Shown: positions 61,835 to 64,000 of the stretch, piece after piece
Layout of the letters: the number at the start of each line of letters is the position of its first letter
Numbering within the stretch: position 1 is the stretch's first letter
Source: Sminthopsis crassicaudata
Lineage: Eukaryota
DNA length: 64,000 nt
Assembly: GCF_048593235.1 (NCBI RefSeq)
Contig: NC_133619.1
Location: forward strand, 604,354,558-604,418,557
Direction of reading: 5' to 3'
Position numbers and translations under genes: made by a program
The notes under the pieces: generated by a model
Database searches by the model: none
Told to the model about the DNA's origin: nothing
What the model saw: the letters and a program-made list of their open reading frames with translations, nothing else

Positions 61835-61922
61835 ATGTACATTAATTGTTTTAAGTACATCAAGAAATATGTAAAAAAAATACATATTTCTTGATGTACT
61901 TAAAAAAACAATTAATGTACAT
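61835..61922. repeat. 88-bp AT-rich quasi-palindrome
   Basis: 39-bp arm 61835-61873, A7 loop, complementary arm 61881-61922 with a 3-A bulge. Confidence 0.9.
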
Positions 61923-61959
61923 ATATAACCAAAAAATAACTTGCATTTTTATTTATTCT

Positions 61960-62980
61960 TTATGTTTGAGAAATGAGAACTTTGTTAGAGAAACTTGCTA
62001 AACTATTCCATTCTCCTCCAATTTGCTTTTTGTTTGACTGATTCTTGAAATCTTATTGAGTCATTCACTTCCATTTGTTCAATTCTAATTTTTAGTGTAT
62101 TATTTTCTTCAGTTACCTTTTTTAACTCCTTTTGTATTTGGCCAATTGAATTATTTTGTTCATTGCATTTTTTTCCATTTCACAAATTTTGTTTTTTAGT
62201 GGATTAGTATTTTTTCATATCTATTTTGTAGGGCATTATATGCTTTTTCCATTCCTTCTTTCAATGATCTCATTTCCTTTCCCCATTTTTCTTCTAACTC
62301 TTTTAAAAAATATTTTATGCAATCTTCCAAGAAAGCCTCGTGAAATGGGGACCAGCTGTTATCTCCCTTTGAGGCTTAATCTAGAGTTGCTTTGCCTTTA
62401 GGAACCTCAGGATTTGAGTGTGTTCTTCTCTTTTTCCATAAAAGCTGTCTATGGTGAGAATTTTTTTTTTTGGTTTTTTATTCATTTTTTTAAAGGCTTG
62501 AGGTCTGCTCAATGCAAAGGAGTGACAGCTACTTTAATTTTCCCTGGGGCAGTTCTGCTGATTGACTTCTGGTGCTGGGTAATCAGAGCTAGGTCTGGCA
62601 TGGGGCTCAGTGGTTTACAATTTGCCTTTTGTGGCAAATCTGCCAAACTACTTGCTTGCAATTAGGACAGAGTACCCTAAGAGGCTCACAGAAGATTCCC
62701 AGGTGCATGGAAGCTGCAACACTCTGACTCTCCACCCCAGCTCCTTGCCACGGTCTCTTTGTGCTGTGATATGGGCTCGGCAGACTGTCCTCCTGCCCAT
62801 TTGAAACAGACCTGTTCTGAAGGTCTTCCAAGATATCTTCTGCAAATGTGTTGTACTCCAAATATCTCTGGGTTCTTTGACTCCAAAACCAACATAGAGG
62901 CTTAATCTGCTGTTGGTTTGAGAGAATGTCAGAGGTCACAGAAAGTCATATCTGCTCTCTGCCATCTTGACGCTCTGCCC
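61960..62980 (-). mobile_element. L1 5' UTR and start of ORF1, degenerate
   Basis: CAAGATGGC start motif near 62970. ATG at 62485 reads MNKKPKKK then, with a poly-A slip, ILTIDSFYGKREE, like marsupial L1 ORF1. Confidence 0.65.
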
Positions 62981-62994
62981 CTTCCCCTAATTGC

Positions 62995-63370
62995 TTATTT
63001 TTAAATTTTATGTCCAAATTGTATACTCATTTTAACCTTATCTTGGCATATGGTATTAGATATTGCTCTAGATCTTATTTTCACCAAAATGCTTTCCAAT
63101 TTTCTTATTAGTTTTTGTTTAATAGAGACTTCTCGTCCCAATAACTTGGCTCTTTAGGTTTATCAAACATTATATTATTCTGGTTATTTATTATTGTATA
63201 TTATGTACCTAATCTCTTCCACTGATCCATTATTCTTTTTCTTAGTCAGTTACCAGATTATTTTGATGATTATCACTTTGCAATACAATTTGAAATCTAT
63301 TATGGCTAGGCCACCTTTCTTTACATTGTTTTCTTTGATCCTTTGATAATCTTGACTTTTTATTCTTTCA
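62995..63370 (-). mobile_element. L1 ORF2 fragment
   Basis: ORF track 63250-63462 contains GGLAIIDFKLYCKVIIIKIIW, an L1 ORF2 motif. Confidence 0.7.
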
Positions 63371-63852
63371 AAAATAGATATGGATATCTCCCCATTGTAG
63401 GATACCCTTTCCAGCTCTTTTTCAAATTCATCTTTTCCCAGGAAGGTCTTATTCACTCCCACCTAAATTACCTCAACATCATTTCTGCATACATTATAGT
63501 GTTTCATGGACAGATCTAGGAATCTCTCCCATATCCCCTGCAGAAGACCAGTTCTACCATCCTTCCCCAAAATAGAAGTCAAATTTAGTTATCTAGAGAC
63601 ATAATCTGATGATATCCCTATATAACCTTGGCTGTAATAGTGGACCTAGAGGCTAGAAGTGGGGAAGAACAAGAACTAGGAGAGCAGGAATTCCTATGGC
63701 ATATTCCTCAAAGACCCAAGAGCTGGGAAAAGGGGAATATTGTAAGCAATTTGATGGAAAACTTAAATAGGAGTAATCCACACATTTGTCTTATCTTGTC
63801 CAATACAAAGGTCCCTAAAATATGAAATTCTTTGTTTCACTTTGTTTCTCAC

Positions 63853-64000
63853 CAGGGGTGGGATAAGCTAAATGTGAGGATCACAAAATTATGATTTATT
63901 ATTGATAAGTGTTTGATTTGTAAACCTGTTTTATATACTCATATACCTGGAATTGCATAAAAATTTCTTGGGTGAAAAGGGGTTGTGAGTGGAAAAAAAT
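63853..64000. mobile_element. Non-autonomous hAT-like DNA transposon, truncated by the window edge
   Basis: CAGGGG start and a body resembling a marsupial hAT MITE (GATTTATTATTGATAAGTGTTTGATTTG...AAAAGGGGTTGTGAGTGGAAAAAA). Family assignment from recall. Confidence 0.45.

Larger units (their letters stand above)
60040..61930. mobile_element. Cluster of L1 3' fragments: two on minus (~60040-60680, ~60690-61027) and one on plus (~61040-61930)
   Basis: ORF track 60424-60669 (-) and 61143-61340 (+) both resemble the L1 ORF2 C-terminus (MFVAALFVVAKNWK). Confidence 0.75.

Noticed and set aside
60690-61930. Head-to-head L1 pieces as one twin-primed 5'-inverted insertion
   Set aside because: Both pieces cover overlapping 3' regions and have separate 3' ends, so independent insertions are more likely.

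Overview
Eukaryotic, repeat-rich genomic DNA, not prokaryotic. The repeat complement (WSINE1- and MAR1/MIR-type CORE-SINEs, marsupial-type L1 3' UTRs, abundant L2, RTE/WALLSI-type elements) points to a marsupial, probably a dasyurid (inference). No intact recognisable protein-coding gene is present, and nearly all ORF-track entries are chance ORFs or transposon fragments. Main landmarks: (1) a CpG island at ~16.4-19.9 kb with a minus-strand TATA/E-box/CCAAT promoter and two small candidate 5' exons (18278-~18390, 17399-17488) of an unidentified gene, plus a possible divergent plus-strand lncRNA; (2) a BLOC1S2 retrocopy at 42800-43767 with TSD, poly(A), a frameshift and an unexplained pyrimidine-rich 5' segment; (3) a ~1.07-kb 33-bp minisatellite grown from a CORE-SINE tail, with two nested higher-order periods (363 and 131 bp); (4) two TSD-flanked solo LTRs and a third LTR end at the window edge; (5) several nested retrotransposon insertions with readable TSDs, a decayed 7SL copy, two fold-back palindromes and CTCF-like motifs. 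There is a 154-N gap at 3568-3721. Repeat family names come from recall of consensus sequences and were not checked against a database. Small old MIR/L2 fragments are numerous and only representatives are listed. I found no evidence for a wholly new biological system; the findings are candidates for follow-up.
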